From the IMG/VR virus record IMGVR_UViG_3300008952_000015, positions 32,001-96,000 of that record: DNA of 64,000 nt; one strand, written 5' to 3'. A program made the translations under genes and the position numbers. Under the pieces are notes generated by a model. That model was not told the origin of the DNA. It was given only the letters and a program-made list of their open reading frames with translations, and did not search any database. The stretch comes from a virus. Position 1 is the first letter of the stretch; each line of letters starts with the position of its first letter. Of the stretch, positions 39,797-48,722 are shown piece after piece.

Positions 39797-40321
39797 TTAT
39801 TTTCTCTCAAATTTCCCGTCAAACGAGTTGAGAAAACTAAAGAAATCTTCAAACTCATTTTGTTCAAGAATATTAATAGGTTTATTATTACATCGTTCTA
39901 TATTAGCAGGTGGAGAAGACTCTTCTGATTCAATATTTGATTCTGCTCCAAAAAAACTCTCCGCAACTTCTTTGTCCTGTTGCTCATATTTGTCTCTTTG
40001 CCTATGAGATACGTCTTCACCGTGACTACCGTAAGGCACATCGAATAACCCATGAGCCTTCTTTCCTATTTCATCATCATCTGTAAAATTATTGCCCGGT
40101 TCGGGGTCGTCGGAATAGCTTATAATGCGCTGAGGCATCTTATCCTTAAGAACAACTCCTGTTTCATAGTTTCCAATTAAATCTATTATACTAAAAGCAT
40201 CATCATCAGAAGGACACTCCCCCTCTTTCGCATACTTAGCCAAGGCGCTCAGGAAGGCTGCCTCTTTATGAAACCCTTTTTTGTAAAGATATGCTTTCAA
40301 TTTTAAGAGTTTATCAAACAC
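39797..40321 (-). CDS. Acidic hypothetical protein with N-terminal shared leader motif
   Basis: KLLKLKAYLYKKGFHKEAAFLSALAKYA; GAGGA RBS with GTG start. Confidence 0.75.
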   Translation of the reverse strand: MFDKLLKLKAYLYKKGFHKEAAFLSALAKYAKEGECPSDDDAFSIIDLIGNYETGVVLKDKMPQRIISYSDDPEPGNNFTDDDEIGKKAHGLFDVPYGSHGEDVSHRQRDKYEQQDKEVAESFFGAESNIESEESSPPANIERCNNKPINILEQNEFEDFFSFLNSFDGKFERK

Positions 40322-40336
40322 GGCATCCTCAGCTAT

Positions 40337-41149
40337 TTAGCCTCGACTGACATTCCCGCCAGCAGTTAATGAGAACTCTCTTGAGATTCGCTTAGCCATT
40401 TCATTGATCCTATCAGAAGCAGTTGCCTCTACTGGCGCATCATCTATTGCAGCCTGATCTTTTACAGCTTGCTCAACCGTCTCTGTGGTTTCTGACTGCT
40501 CGTTCAATATGGCTTCCAACTCAGGAGGAATTTCCATTTCTGCACTCTTTAATATAGCATCAAGTCTATCTGCAAGATCGGAATGACCTAGCTTATCCAA
40601 GTGATTTGCTAATTTTATTATTTCTTTCTTCATTTTAATATCTCCATTTTTAGATAATTCTAAAGGTGAAATTACCTTATTACTAACATTAGTAATAGAT
40701 GCTGGTCCAAAATTAGGAGTAAAAGCGTTCTCACGGGACTCAGCAACGCCCTCTCCTCCGGGGAAAGCCCCATCCTTATGATCATCAATATGAGCTAACT
40801 CGTGTATTAATGTTTTAGCAACCCCGTTCAAAATATCTTGAAACACTGGATCTGATTCATCCATCTGATTTATTTTAGACAGAATATCTTGGGGCCATTC
40901 CTTCTCAAGATTTGTAACTACTATATTTATAGTCTCTATGTTTCCATCATCGTTCGTATCTTCTGTTGTAACGTAGGCCTTTGCGTCAGGTGCTATACCT
41001 GGAGGCAAAGCTTGGTGAAACTTAAGTTTATCTCTGTTGCCTAACACGGCATGTACTGGGCCAGGAAGGTTTGTAATCTTCCTTAAACCGCCCTCTATCT
41101 TATCCCAATAACTTGGTCTTGCTATCTTTTTCATAAGCCTCTCACTCAT
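40337..41149 (-). CDS. Zincin-like (HELAH) protein with internal copy of the shared leader motif
   Basis: LIHELAH...GEGVAE; internal MKKEIIKLANHLDKLGHSDLADRLDAILKSA. Confidence 0.75.
   Translation of the reverse strand: MSERLMKKIARPSYWDKIEGGLRKITNLPGPVHAVLGNRDKLKFHQALPPGIAPDAKAYVTTEDTNDDGNIETINIVVTNLEKEWPQDILSKINQMDESDPVFQDILNGVAKTLIHELAHIDDHKDGAFPGGEGVAESRENAFTPNFGPASITNVSNKVISPLELSKNGDIKMKKEIIKLANHLDKLGHSDLADRLDAILKSAEMEIPPELEAILNEQSETTETVEQAVKDQAAIDDAPVEATASDRINEMAKRISREFSLTAGGNVSRG
40678..40697. promoter_or_regulatory. Intragenic inverted pair of motif B
   Basis: tattactaa-ca-ttagtaata (9-bp inverted repeat), about 45-65 nt upstream of an internal GGAGA-RBS ATG at 40633. Confidence 0.5.
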
Positions 41150-41163
41150 TTCTTAATTATACC

Positions 41164-41577
41164 TTAAAACTTTGGGATAAAAACCCTTGACTTTCGAGGC
41201 TTTTTATAATAGGTTGATGTTGTAATTATATCTATACCTTCGGGCCTTATTACAGAAAAGAAAAAATTAAATGCTTTTCTTGTTTTAACTTTCCTTATCT
41301 CTATCCAGCTTCTCTTTTTGGAATCTATACTTGATGTGTTTGAGACAAACATATGAACAACTCCATCAGCACTTACGGCAAAGTCTTGAGCTATAATGTC
41401 ATTAAGCTGCCTATTACTCAGGTCCTCTAGCATATCTCTTCTGTCCGACCAGAATTCATTAAAATACTTCCTATATTTAATTCTAGCAGTAGTAGATACA
41501 CGAATTGGAAGTCCGGTCCTCGGATCGGTTAGTGTCGCTTGCTCCATCCCTGCGTTCTTTATATGATCAGTCTTCAT
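41164..41577 (-). CDS. Hypothetical protein
   Basis: First gene after the terminator; N-terminus MKTDHIKNA. Confidence 0.7.
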   Translation of the reverse strand: MKTDHIKNAGMEQATLTDPRTGLPIRVSTTARIKYRKYFNEFWSDRRDMLEDLSNRQLNDIIAQDFAVSADGVVHMFVSNTSSIDSKKRSWIEIRKVKTRKAFNFFFSVIRPEGIDIITTSTYYKKPRKSRVFIPKF

Positions 41578-41619
41578 ACTCTGTCCTAAAGCTTACAGAA
41601 TATTACCTAATATTAGCAT

Positions 41620-41648
41620 AAAAAAAGCCCAACTAAAAAGTTGGGCTT
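41620..41648 (-). terminator. Rho-independent terminator
   Basis: aagcccaact-aaaa-agttgggctt stem-loop with a minus-strand U run. Confidence 0.8.
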
Positions 41649-41671
41649 AAATTAGACATATTAAATGTTTT

Positions 41672-41932
41672 TTATAAGGATACGAAATAAGCTAAAAACT
41701 TATACAGATCATCCTCTGTCTCTACCTTTAGGTCTTTTGGCATTTTCTCATACCCCGCCTTTACCATCTGAACATTATTATCAATATAATGTTGCTCAAC
41801 AAGCCCTCTTTCTACTGCCATTATAGATCCGTCAAAGCTGAGCTGTAACGTCGATAACTCGTCAAGGTCAATCTCTTTAAACCTATTTTTATGAAGTGGC
41901 ATATCCAGCCATACAAAATCAGACATTATCAT
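41672..41932 (-). CDS. Hypothetical protein
   Basis: Coupled ORF ending before the terminator. Confidence 0.65.
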   Translation of the reverse strand: MIMSDFVWLDMPLHKNRFKEIDLDELSTLQLSFDGSIMAVERGLVEQHYIDNNVQMVKAGYEKMPKDLKVETEDDLYKFLAYFVSL

Positions 41933-42890
41933 ACTCCAGCTTATCTTCCCATCTATCTTCGTTTTGTTTGGCAGCCTCTTTGTCTGCCTCTATCTGCTCA
42001 AGCCTTCTCTCTACACGTCGCTTGCCACGATATGATTCAGTTCCCATAAGTGAAGTAATTAAATACTCAGGCAAAGTATCTGCAAGCAGGATTATTACAT
42101 CATCATATTTAGAATCCGTAAATTGCAACAGAAGGTCATCGTAATTAAAATACTTCTCTTTGTTTTCAACCAAGCTCTTTAGACCTGCAACAGAAGAATC
42201 TGACGAGGCATCACTACGAATCTTTCGTGCGGTTTTCAGCGTTAAAAATCCAGACTCAACGTATTGGCTATACATAGCGCCCCTTGCTGCGTAACAAGGC
42301 TTTGTCTTTGAAAAGAATATCTCCTCTTCAGTAAGGTCTTTAAATGCAGTTGGAAGACTATTTGCATAGTTTTTAAGGATTTTTCTAAAAGTTTCTCTTA
42401 CATAATTATTATGTTTTTGAATCTCCCAAGTCTTGCTGAAGAGATTGTCCCACTTAAAACTGTCAACCATTCCTGCCGCAGCAATAGCATACCCTCTGTA
42501 TCCGTTCCAAATGTCGTGAGCAGAAGTGTTCTCTGTAAAAAGAGACTCCGCTAAATCCGCTATAGGCTTTTGCCAGTCAGGAATAGAGTATAGATTAAGA
42601 TCAATAGTCTCAGCATGTAACAGAATTGCATTTAAGAAATTCTCATCGCTCTCTACTGTAGCTCGCTTAACCTCTGGCAAAAGCATCTTACCATCTTTCA
42701 AGAGAAAGGTCTTTGCTGCAAGCAAGAGTCTTAGCTCAGGAGAGGGAGAGGGAGAGGTCGTACTTCTGGGGTTACGATAATGCCTAGAGTTAACATAGAA
42801 AAGCTTTCTTAAGCCTTGCTGCTGCATATACTCCATAGGTGTTAGGTCTTTAGTCATTAGAAGACTCCTTGATCCACCTCTTAAATTCAT
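41919..42890 (-). CDS. Alpha-helical HEAT-like family protein (paralog 3)
   Basis: C-terminal FTDSKYDDVIILLADTLPEYLITSLMG...RVERRLE; probable start ATG 42857 (AAGGAG RBS). Confidence 0.65.
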   Translation of the reverse strand: MNLRGGSRSLLMTKDLTPMEYMQQQGLRKLFYVNSRHYRNPRSTTSPSPSPELRLLLAAKTFLLKDGKMLLPEVKRATVESDENFLNAILLHAETIDLNLYSIPDWQKPIADLAESLFTENTSAHDIWNGYRGYAIAAAGMVDSFKWDNLFSKTWEIQKHNNYVRETFRKILKNYANSLPTAFKDLTEEEIFFSKTKPCYAARGAMYSQYVESGFLTLKTARKIRSDASSDSSVAGLKSLVENKEKYFNYDDLLLQFTDSKYDDVIILLADTLPEYLITSLMGTESYRGKRRVERRLEQIEADKEAAKQNEDRWEDKLEYDNV

Positions 42891-43176
42891 CTAAGTGCAT
42901 ATTAATAATAGCTATTTTGACCTGATCGTTCAGGTGCTCCCAGGCATTAACTAGGGTAGAAAGAGGCAGCTCTATATATGCTTGATACATCTTCTTAGCC
43001 GTTTCATCATACTGTCTGTGACTGGCATTTACACCGACAGCTGTGAGGTAATTTACAACCTCTTCCTCGCTCATAATATCTTCTTGCACCTCTTCTGGTA
43101 CAACTTCTAAATTTTTAATCTCAGCTTGCATCGGTAACAACTCCTTTTTATCAATAAACCGTAGCCTTCGGAACAT
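42850..43176 (-). CDS. Hypothetical protein
   Basis: Probable start at MQAEI (about 43131) after AAGGAG. Confidence 0.65.
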   Translation of the reverse strand: MFRRLRFIDKKELLPMQAEIKNLEVVPEEVQEDIMSEEEVVNYLTAVGVNASHRQYDETAKKMYQAYIELPLSTLVNAWEHLNDQVKIAIINMHLDEFKRWIKESSND

Positions 43177-43191
43177 ATTTCTTACAGATTA

Positions 43192-43215
43192 ATATAACTG
43201 GTGTAGATTTTTTTT
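43192..43215 (-). promoter_or_regulatory. Motif A copy
   Basis: atataactggtgtagatttt upstream of the 42850 ORF. Confidence 0.65.
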
Positions 43216-43227
43216 ATAAAAGTTTAT

Positions 43228-44826
43228 CTACTCTTTTTCCTCATTTATCTCACATACCGTTACTTCGGTAGTTAAGAGAGTCCCACTTGCTGAAGCGGCA
43301 TTTTGAATAGCGGATCTAACTACCTTTACCGGATCTATAATACCTCCATCTACCATGTCTGCAACGAAAGCACCTTTAAGCGCATCAAAGCCACAGGCTT
43401 TGTTTTTGGAGGATATAATCTTCTCCATATAAGAGTGATATTCCTCTCCGGAATTCGCCAACACTTGCTTAAATGGAGCCTTTATTGCCTTAAGGATAAT
43501 GTCTACTCCTACTAACTCTTCAGTCATCATAGGCTCCTTTCTTAGAGCCGCCAGATCCTTTACACAGTGTAAGAGTGCTGCTCCACCACCCGGAACAATG
43601 CCTTCTTCTATTGCGGCTTTAACTGCATTTATTGCATCCTCTACTCGATCCTTCTTCTCCTTAACCTCAGACTCAGATAGACCTCCTACGCTCAAAACTG
43701 CAACAGCTCCAGATAATGAAGACAAACGCTGCTTTAATGCGGCGTGCTCATAAGCCTCTAGTGATTGGTTGGCCTGAGCTTTTATCTGCCTGACCCTTTC
43801 ACCTACTGCCTCCTGTGTTCCTGCTCCATCAATTATAGAAGTTAAGTCTCTTAATACCGCGACCTTTCTGGCTTGCCCAAGATCCTCTAAGGCCAAACCC
43901 CTCAGGCTTCCCGTTACCTCAGAGGTAAATAACTTGCCCCCACATACAACAGCTATATCTTCCATCATATCTTTTCTTATGTCACCAAACCCAGGCGCTC
44001 TAACAGCACAAGAAACCAAAGCTCCACGAGCCTTATTTAATACCAAGGTCTGCAAAGCTTCTCCCTCAACTGTCTGAGCGATAACAAGCAGCGTTCTTCC
44101 TTCTTCAGAAATTGCTTCAAGAATAGGAAGTAACTCAGACGTTGCAGATATTTTGCCATCGTATAATAGGATATATGGATTATCTAATTCACACGACAGT
44201 TTCTCTAAGTTGGTGGCAAAGGTAGGAGTTATATATCCTCTATCAAAATTCACTCCTTCCGTATAAGAAACAGAAGTCTCAAGGCCGGTCGCTTCTTCTA
44301 CAGAGATCATACCGTCATCACCTACGGCAGCTACGACAGAACCTATAAGGTTCCCTAGCTTTACATCATTATTTGCAGATATAACAGCAACACTATTAAT
44401 TAACTCTTCACTATCAACAGACTGGCTTATATCATTCAGCTTGGCTACGACAACATCGACAGCTTTATCTATACCTCTTTTTATAAGAACAGGATTGTGA
44501 CCAGCGGAAACCATCTTAGCCCCTTCTGTATATATAGCTTGAGCTAAAACAGTAGCCGTTGTAGTCCCATCACCAGCAGCGTTATTTGTCGCACTTGCAA
44601 CGCTCTTGATTAGCTCCGCTCCCATATTTTGAACTCTATCATTCAAAGTTATTGACCTAGCAACCGTAACTCCATCTTTAGTTATAAGCGGTGGCCCGAA
44701 CCTCCTTTCAATAGCGGCGTTTCTGCCCCTTGGTCCGAGAGTGGCCTTTACCGCATTAGCCAAAACATCAAGACCCTCTTGTAACCCTTGTCTTGCATCA
44801 GAACTAAATCGAACTTCTTTACCCAT
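43228..44826 (-). CDS. groEL: Chaperonin GroEL
   Basis: AVKATLGPRGRN, ITKDGVTVA, AGDGTTTATVLA, APGFGD, AIEEGIVPGGG; start at MGKEV (GGAGA RBS); no GGM tail. Confidence 0.96.
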   Translation of the reverse strand: MGKEVRFSSDARQGLQEGLDVLANAVKATLGPRGRNAAIERRFGPPLITKDGVTVARSITLNDRVQNMGAELIKSVASATNNAAGDGTTTATVLAQAIYTEGAKMVSAGHNPVLIKRGIDKAVDVVVAKLNDISQSVDSEELINSVAVISANNDVKLGNLIGSVVAAVGDDGMISVEEATGLETSVSYTEGVNFDRGYITPTFATNLEKLSCELDNPYILLYDGKISATSELLPILEAISEEGRTLLVIAQTVEGEALQTLVLNKARGALVSCAVRAPGFGDIRKDMMEDIAVVCGGKLFTSEVTGSLRGLALEDLGQARKVAVLRDLTSIIDGAGTQEAVGERVRQIKAQANQSLEAYEHAALKQRLSSLSGAVAVLSVGGLSESEVKEKKDRVEDAINAVKAAIEEGIVPGGGAALLHCVKDLAALRKEPMMTEELVGVDIILKAIKAPFKQVLANSGEEYHSYMEKIISSKNKACGFDALKGAFVADMVDGGIIDPVKVVRSAIQNAASASGTLLTTEVTVCEINEEKE

Positions 44827-44977
44827 TTGTATCTCCATTATTCATTTTCTTAAAATCAACACCATCATTGATGGTATCATTAACCTTTGCAGCTATTAGA
44901 TAACCCATAAGAAAGAGTGATAGTACCAAAAATACTTGAAAACCAAGTATTATTTTGAACTGCAAATACTTCTCCAT
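44819..44977 (-). CDS. Small single-pass membrane protein (52 aa, below track cut-off)
   Basis: MEKYLQFKIILGFQVFLVLSLFLMGYLIAAK...; its stop overlaps the GroEL start. Confidence 0.5.
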   Translation of the reverse strand: MEKYLQFKIILGFQVFLVLSLFLMGYLIAAKVNDTINDGVDFKKMNNGDTNG

Positions 44978-45040
44978 GTAAACTATATTACCATTATAAC
45001 GGCTAAGTTACAAGTGCGTTTAGGTCTTTTTGACATCCAT

Positions 45041-45367
45041 CTATTCCTGGTCCTCATCTCTACACTCTTCAGTCTCTTTAGCCTTCTTTGCAGCTATCCT
45101 ATCGAGTCTCTTTATTCTTCCAGAAATTCTCTCTGCCGCAAAAACTACTTCATCCTCATCAAGTTCTTCCGCAAAGAAATAAAAGATAGCCTTCCCGCCA
45201 TCAGTTAAACCTGCCTCAATTTCTGCAACCTTCTGCTTAAGAGCCGAAAGATTTATCATATCTCTAAGCAATTCTTGACCAGCCTCAAGCACCTTTGGAT
45301 CGTCGGCCTTATCAATCATTGTTCTAAATTCATCAAGTTTACTCATCAAAAACTCCTGCTGTTTCAT
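45041..45367 (-). CDS. Hypothetical helical protein
   Basis: 108-aa ORF; not GroES-like. Confidence 0.65.
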   Translation of the reverse strand: MKQQEFLMSKLDEFRTMIDKADDPKVLEAGQELLRDMINLSALKQKVAEIEAGLTDGGKAIFYFFAEELDEDEVVFAAERISGRIKRLDRIAAKKAKETEECRDEDQE

Positions 45368-45376
45368 GGGTTATTT

Positions 45377-45386
45377 TACTACTAAT
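45377..45386 (+). promoter_or_regulatory. Motif B copy (TACTACTAAT)
   Basis: Upstream of the large plus-strand gene, in plus orientation. Confidence 0.5.
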
Positions 45387-45415
45387 ATTAAAAATATAGT
45401 TAGTTTTCGTTACTT

Positions 45416-46966
45416 ATGGAGAAAATTATGGACATATCAAACAGAGCGGCCTTACTTGAAACTATGTATAAAAGTGCTAACCCAGCCAGAGGAGCTGGCA
45501 AAGCAACCTCTGAAACCGTCAAAGAACTGTCTCAGCCATTCCTATCTCTTGAGGAGAGACAGGAGAGGCTAAGAGCGATTCAAAATTCGCTTCGTGGTGC
45601 AGATGGACCATTAACTTACACTGAAGAACAAAAGAAAAAACTAGCATCATATAAAGACCTTGTTGATAACTGGGATTCTTACAAAGAATATGTAAACCCC
45701 CAGTTACAAGCTTTGGGTGATTTGGTTGCCGAAAAAACTATTCTGCCAATCATAAAGGCTATAAAGGGTGGAGAGAAAGGAGCGGTAGAGCACGGAATTC
45801 CTGTTCCCAAAAAGCGCGATACAGCCAAAGCTGAAGCAGATATAAAGGCAACTGGATCAACCATTCACGATCTCCGATGTTTCAAGCAAACCTATGCCGC
45901 ACTTCAGAATAATACTTTTCATAAAATTGCCTCTTCAAAAATGGCTAGAGAAGACATATCCTCTGCCTTTCAAACAGAATTTGATAAGTCTTATGACATA
46001 TTCATAAAAAACGCTAAAGACTACGGAGATTTAGATCACGAGACATACGCTCAATTTCACGAACTTGCCGTAGCACATCATATTTTAACCCAAGAAGGGT
46101 TCGTTAAAGATGCTAAGGTTATAGATAACTTTGTCATAAAAAATGCTGGATTCTGGAGCACTGTAGGTGACGGGTTATCTGACGGGTTATCTTATGCTTG
46201 GGATGCAGCAAAAGGTGTAGCCTCAAAAGCTATTGAGTATGGTGGCAAAGCAATAAGCTTTGTTGCCGATGTAGCTGTCGGTGCAGTTAAAGCAGTCGGA
46301 AAGGCCGCATGGGGAGTGTTAAAAGGCTTAAAATATATCGTTACAAAGCTTCCTTTTATTGGAATCATTTTTTCTGCTCCCTTTTTCCTAAAAAATCTTA
46401 TTGAAAGTTACCAAAACGGAAAACGAATACTTTTAGAACAACCGCTTGAGAAATATGGATGGAACCCATATATCGTCATAACTCCCGCTGGTCTTGGTCA
46501 TGTTCGTTCGACGTTTATAAAAGCAGTTGATAAGCATAAGAAAGATCCAGACGCTCTAAAGGAAATCTTAACTATCTTTAGAACAATAGGCGCATTTTGG
46601 ATTGACCTTCTGTTTATGATAACTAATGGATTCATGCTCTTTCTTGACTTATGTGCTCTCATTGGATTCATAGCTGGGTTTTTTACTGCTGGTGCAGGTT
46701 GGCTGGTAGCTGTTGGTGCCTACGGAGGAAGCTTTCTCTTAGCCCTCGGAATAGGCGCATTAGAACTTGGTGCCGAATACTTCAAAGATGAAATGTGGGA
46801 CAAAGATTGTCTGTACTTACTCGATGAAGCTAAGAAGGAAATCAAAATCTTGCTATCAGAAGGAACCCCTGCTAAACGATCCAAAACTACGGTGGTAAAC
46901 CCCTATGAGGAATCTAGCTCTGATGTTATCGAAACATCAGAAGATCCTATTCCTATTGCTGCCTAG
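45416..46966 (+). CDS. Putative membrane-inserting virion protein with internal leader motif
   Basis: ELAVAHHILTQEGFVKDAKVIDNFVIKNA, then a Gly/Ala amphipathic region and a long C-terminal hydrophobic hairpin; probable start 45428. Confidence 0.75.
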   Translation: MEKIMDISNRAALLETMYKSANPARGAGKATSETVKELSQPFLSLEERQERLRAIQNSLRGADGPLTYTEEQKKKLASYKDLVDNWDSYKEYVNPQLQALGDLVAEKTILPIIKAIKGGEKGAVEHGIPVPKKRDTAKAEADIKATGSTIHDLRCFKQTYAALQNNTFHKIASSKMAREDISSAFQTEFDKSYDIFIKNAKDYGDLDHETYAQFHELAVAHHILTQEGFVKDAKVIDNFVIKNAGFWSTVGDGLSDGLSYAWDAAKGVASKAIEYGGKAISFVADVAVGAVKAVGKAAWGVLKGLKYIVTKLPFIGIIFSAPFFLKNLIESYQNGKRILLEQPLEKYGWNPYIVITPAGLGHVRSTFIKAVDKHKKDPDALKEILTIFRTIGAFWIDLLFMITNGFMLFLDLCALIGFIAGFFTAGAGWLVAVGAYGGSFLLALGIGALELGAEYFKDEMWDKDCLYLLDEAKKEIKILLSEGTPAKRSKTTVVNPYEESSSDVIETSEDPIPIAA

Positions 46967-47203
46967 ACAACTTATTACTAGGCTTTCTACTCCACCATCT
47001 TAACCATTCCTGTTCCCACTCTTCCTGGGAAACTCGCCGCGATCTTCCTCTTATGATAGAGAAGTAAATGGTTCTCGAAACATTGTTCACTATATTATCT
47101 CCTAGATATGTCAAAAGAAGCTTCGCTCTAATAGCCAAACCCACAGCAATATAACTCATGCAGATTATTTTTCATAAATCTGCTACCCAAGCTTCTGTTT
47201 TTT

Positions 47204-47650
47204 TCAAGTATTGGCTTGAATTAACTTAAAGATTCTGCCATACTGTGTGAATTTACCGCCATCCTTTAAAAGCTTCGCAAGAGATAATAGAAATTCTCCT
47301 TCTCCCTCTCTATAATTTGGATTAGAGGATTTTCTTATGCCTTCAAGTTGAGGCAAATCTTTTTCCCATTTAGACAAGAAGTCACTTGGAGAATCACCCG
47401 TAAGCGATTTGAAGTATCTCAAGTAATCTGACAAAGATGCTGCGTTTACTCCCGCCTCTTTTGACCACCTAACATCGGCCTCGTTGATACTTTTTGCCTT
47501 AGACCCATAAGAAACAACAAATGGAAGCTCAAGGCTGTCCTTCTCCATAGGTATCCAGCCAAAGGTAATCTCCGTATCTGAAGCACGTTCTTCATGGTAT
47601 GCGAAGCAACTTTTTACTTTAAGCTTCTTTATAGTGTCATTACTACTCAT
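47204..47650 (-). CDS. Hypothetical protein
   Basis: Coupled to the glutamine synthetase gene. Confidence 0.7.
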   Translation of the reverse strand: MSSNDTIKKLKVKSCFAYHEERASDTEITFGWIPMEKDSLELPFVVSYGSKAKSINEADVRWSKEAGVNAASLSDYLRYFKSLTGDSPSDFLSKWEKDLPQLEGIRKSSNPNYREGEGEFLLSLAKLLKDGGKFTQYGRIFKLIQANT

Positions 47651-48707
47651 TTGATTCCTTATCTACCGCTGTAGCCTCAAGGAGATAAGTAGCTACCTTA
47701 TAGGGATCTGCGTTAGAGTTAGGTCTACGGTCCTCAAAGTACCCCAGACCCTGCTTTTCTACATGCCAAGGAATTCTAATTGAAGCGCCTCTATCTGAAA
47801 CTCCATAGCGAAACTCATTTATAGAGCATGTCTCATGTTGCCCCGTAAGCCTTCTCTCTAAGCCTTCTCCGTAAACGCTAGAAATCTTTTCTAAATTACT
47901 GGAAAGACCCAACTTTTCACAGGCTGCGTTAATATGCTCTAGACCACCCTCTTCTCGCATATCTTTCGTTGAGAAGTTAGTGTGCATACCGCTTCCATTC
48001 CAGTCGCCAGAAACAGGCTTTGGATCAAGCTCAATACTCAAGCCTCTTGTTTCGGCAATTCTGTTTAGAATAAACCTAGAAACCCACAGATGATCGCATG
48101 TAGCTACTGCATTAATGCCCGGTCCTCCAATCTGATATTCCCACTGACCTAAAGCTACTTCTGCGTTTACACCTACGATAGATATTCCAGAGCCTAAGCA
48201 AGCTGTCAGATGAAGTTCTGATACCGACCTTCCTTCAGCTAAGCCTCCACCAACAGCACAATAGTACGGACCTTGAGGATCTGGATCTCCAGACTTACCC
48301 CAGCCCATAGGTCTGTTAGTTTCAGTATCAATTATAAAGTATTCCTGCTCAAACCCAAGAAACGGCTCTGACCCTCCATGCTCTATCATGGCATCAATCA
48401 TCCTTGCTCTAGAGTTTGACGAATGAGGTGTCAAGTCTGCATTAAGAACATCACATAACACCAAGATTCCATTCTGCCTATTTGAGTCAACACAGGCGAA
48501 AACGGGCCTTAAAACGCAATCAGATGACTCAGTAGTAGCTTGCCCCGTACTGCTTCCGTCGAACCCCCATACGGGAATGTCTGAAAGACTTAACTTCCAA
48601 TCTTCATCCTCAGATTGGATGTTCAGAACCCTCGTCTTAGACCTAATCTGCGGCGTATCGCCTCCATCTAACCAAATATATTCGCACTTTAATGTAGCTG
48701 CACTCAT
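47643..48707 (-). CDS. glnII: Glutamine synthetase type II
   Basis: EYIWLDG..RSKTR, WGFDGSST, GFEQEY, PQGPYYC, NAEV..GQWEYQ, GDWNGSGMHTNFST, RLTGQHET, DRGASIRIP, YFEDRRP; 354 aa. Confidence 0.93.
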   Translation of the reverse strand: MSAATLKCEYIWLDGGDTPQIRSKTRVLNIQSEDEDWKLSLSDIPVWGFDGSSTGQATTESSDCVLRPVFACVDSNRQNGILVLCDVLNADLTPHSSNSRARMIDAMIEHGGSEPFLGFEQEYFIIDTETNRPMGWGKSGDPDPQGPYYCAVGGGLAEGRSVSELHLTACLGSGISIVGVNAEVALGQWEYQIGGPGINAVATCDHLWVSRFILNRIAETRGLSIELDPKPVSGDWNGSGMHTNFSTKDMREEGGLEHINAACEKLGLSSNLEKISSVYGEGLERRLTGQHETCSINEFRYGVSDRGASIRIPWHVEKQGLGYFEDRRPNSNADPYKVATYLLEATAVDKESNE

Positions 48708-48722
48708 TGTATAATCTCCTGT

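Noticed and set aside
45041-45367. Divergent GroES upstream of groEL
   Set aside because: The size fits, but the sequence looks helical and lacks the GroES PLxDRV and mobile-loop GGI motifs.
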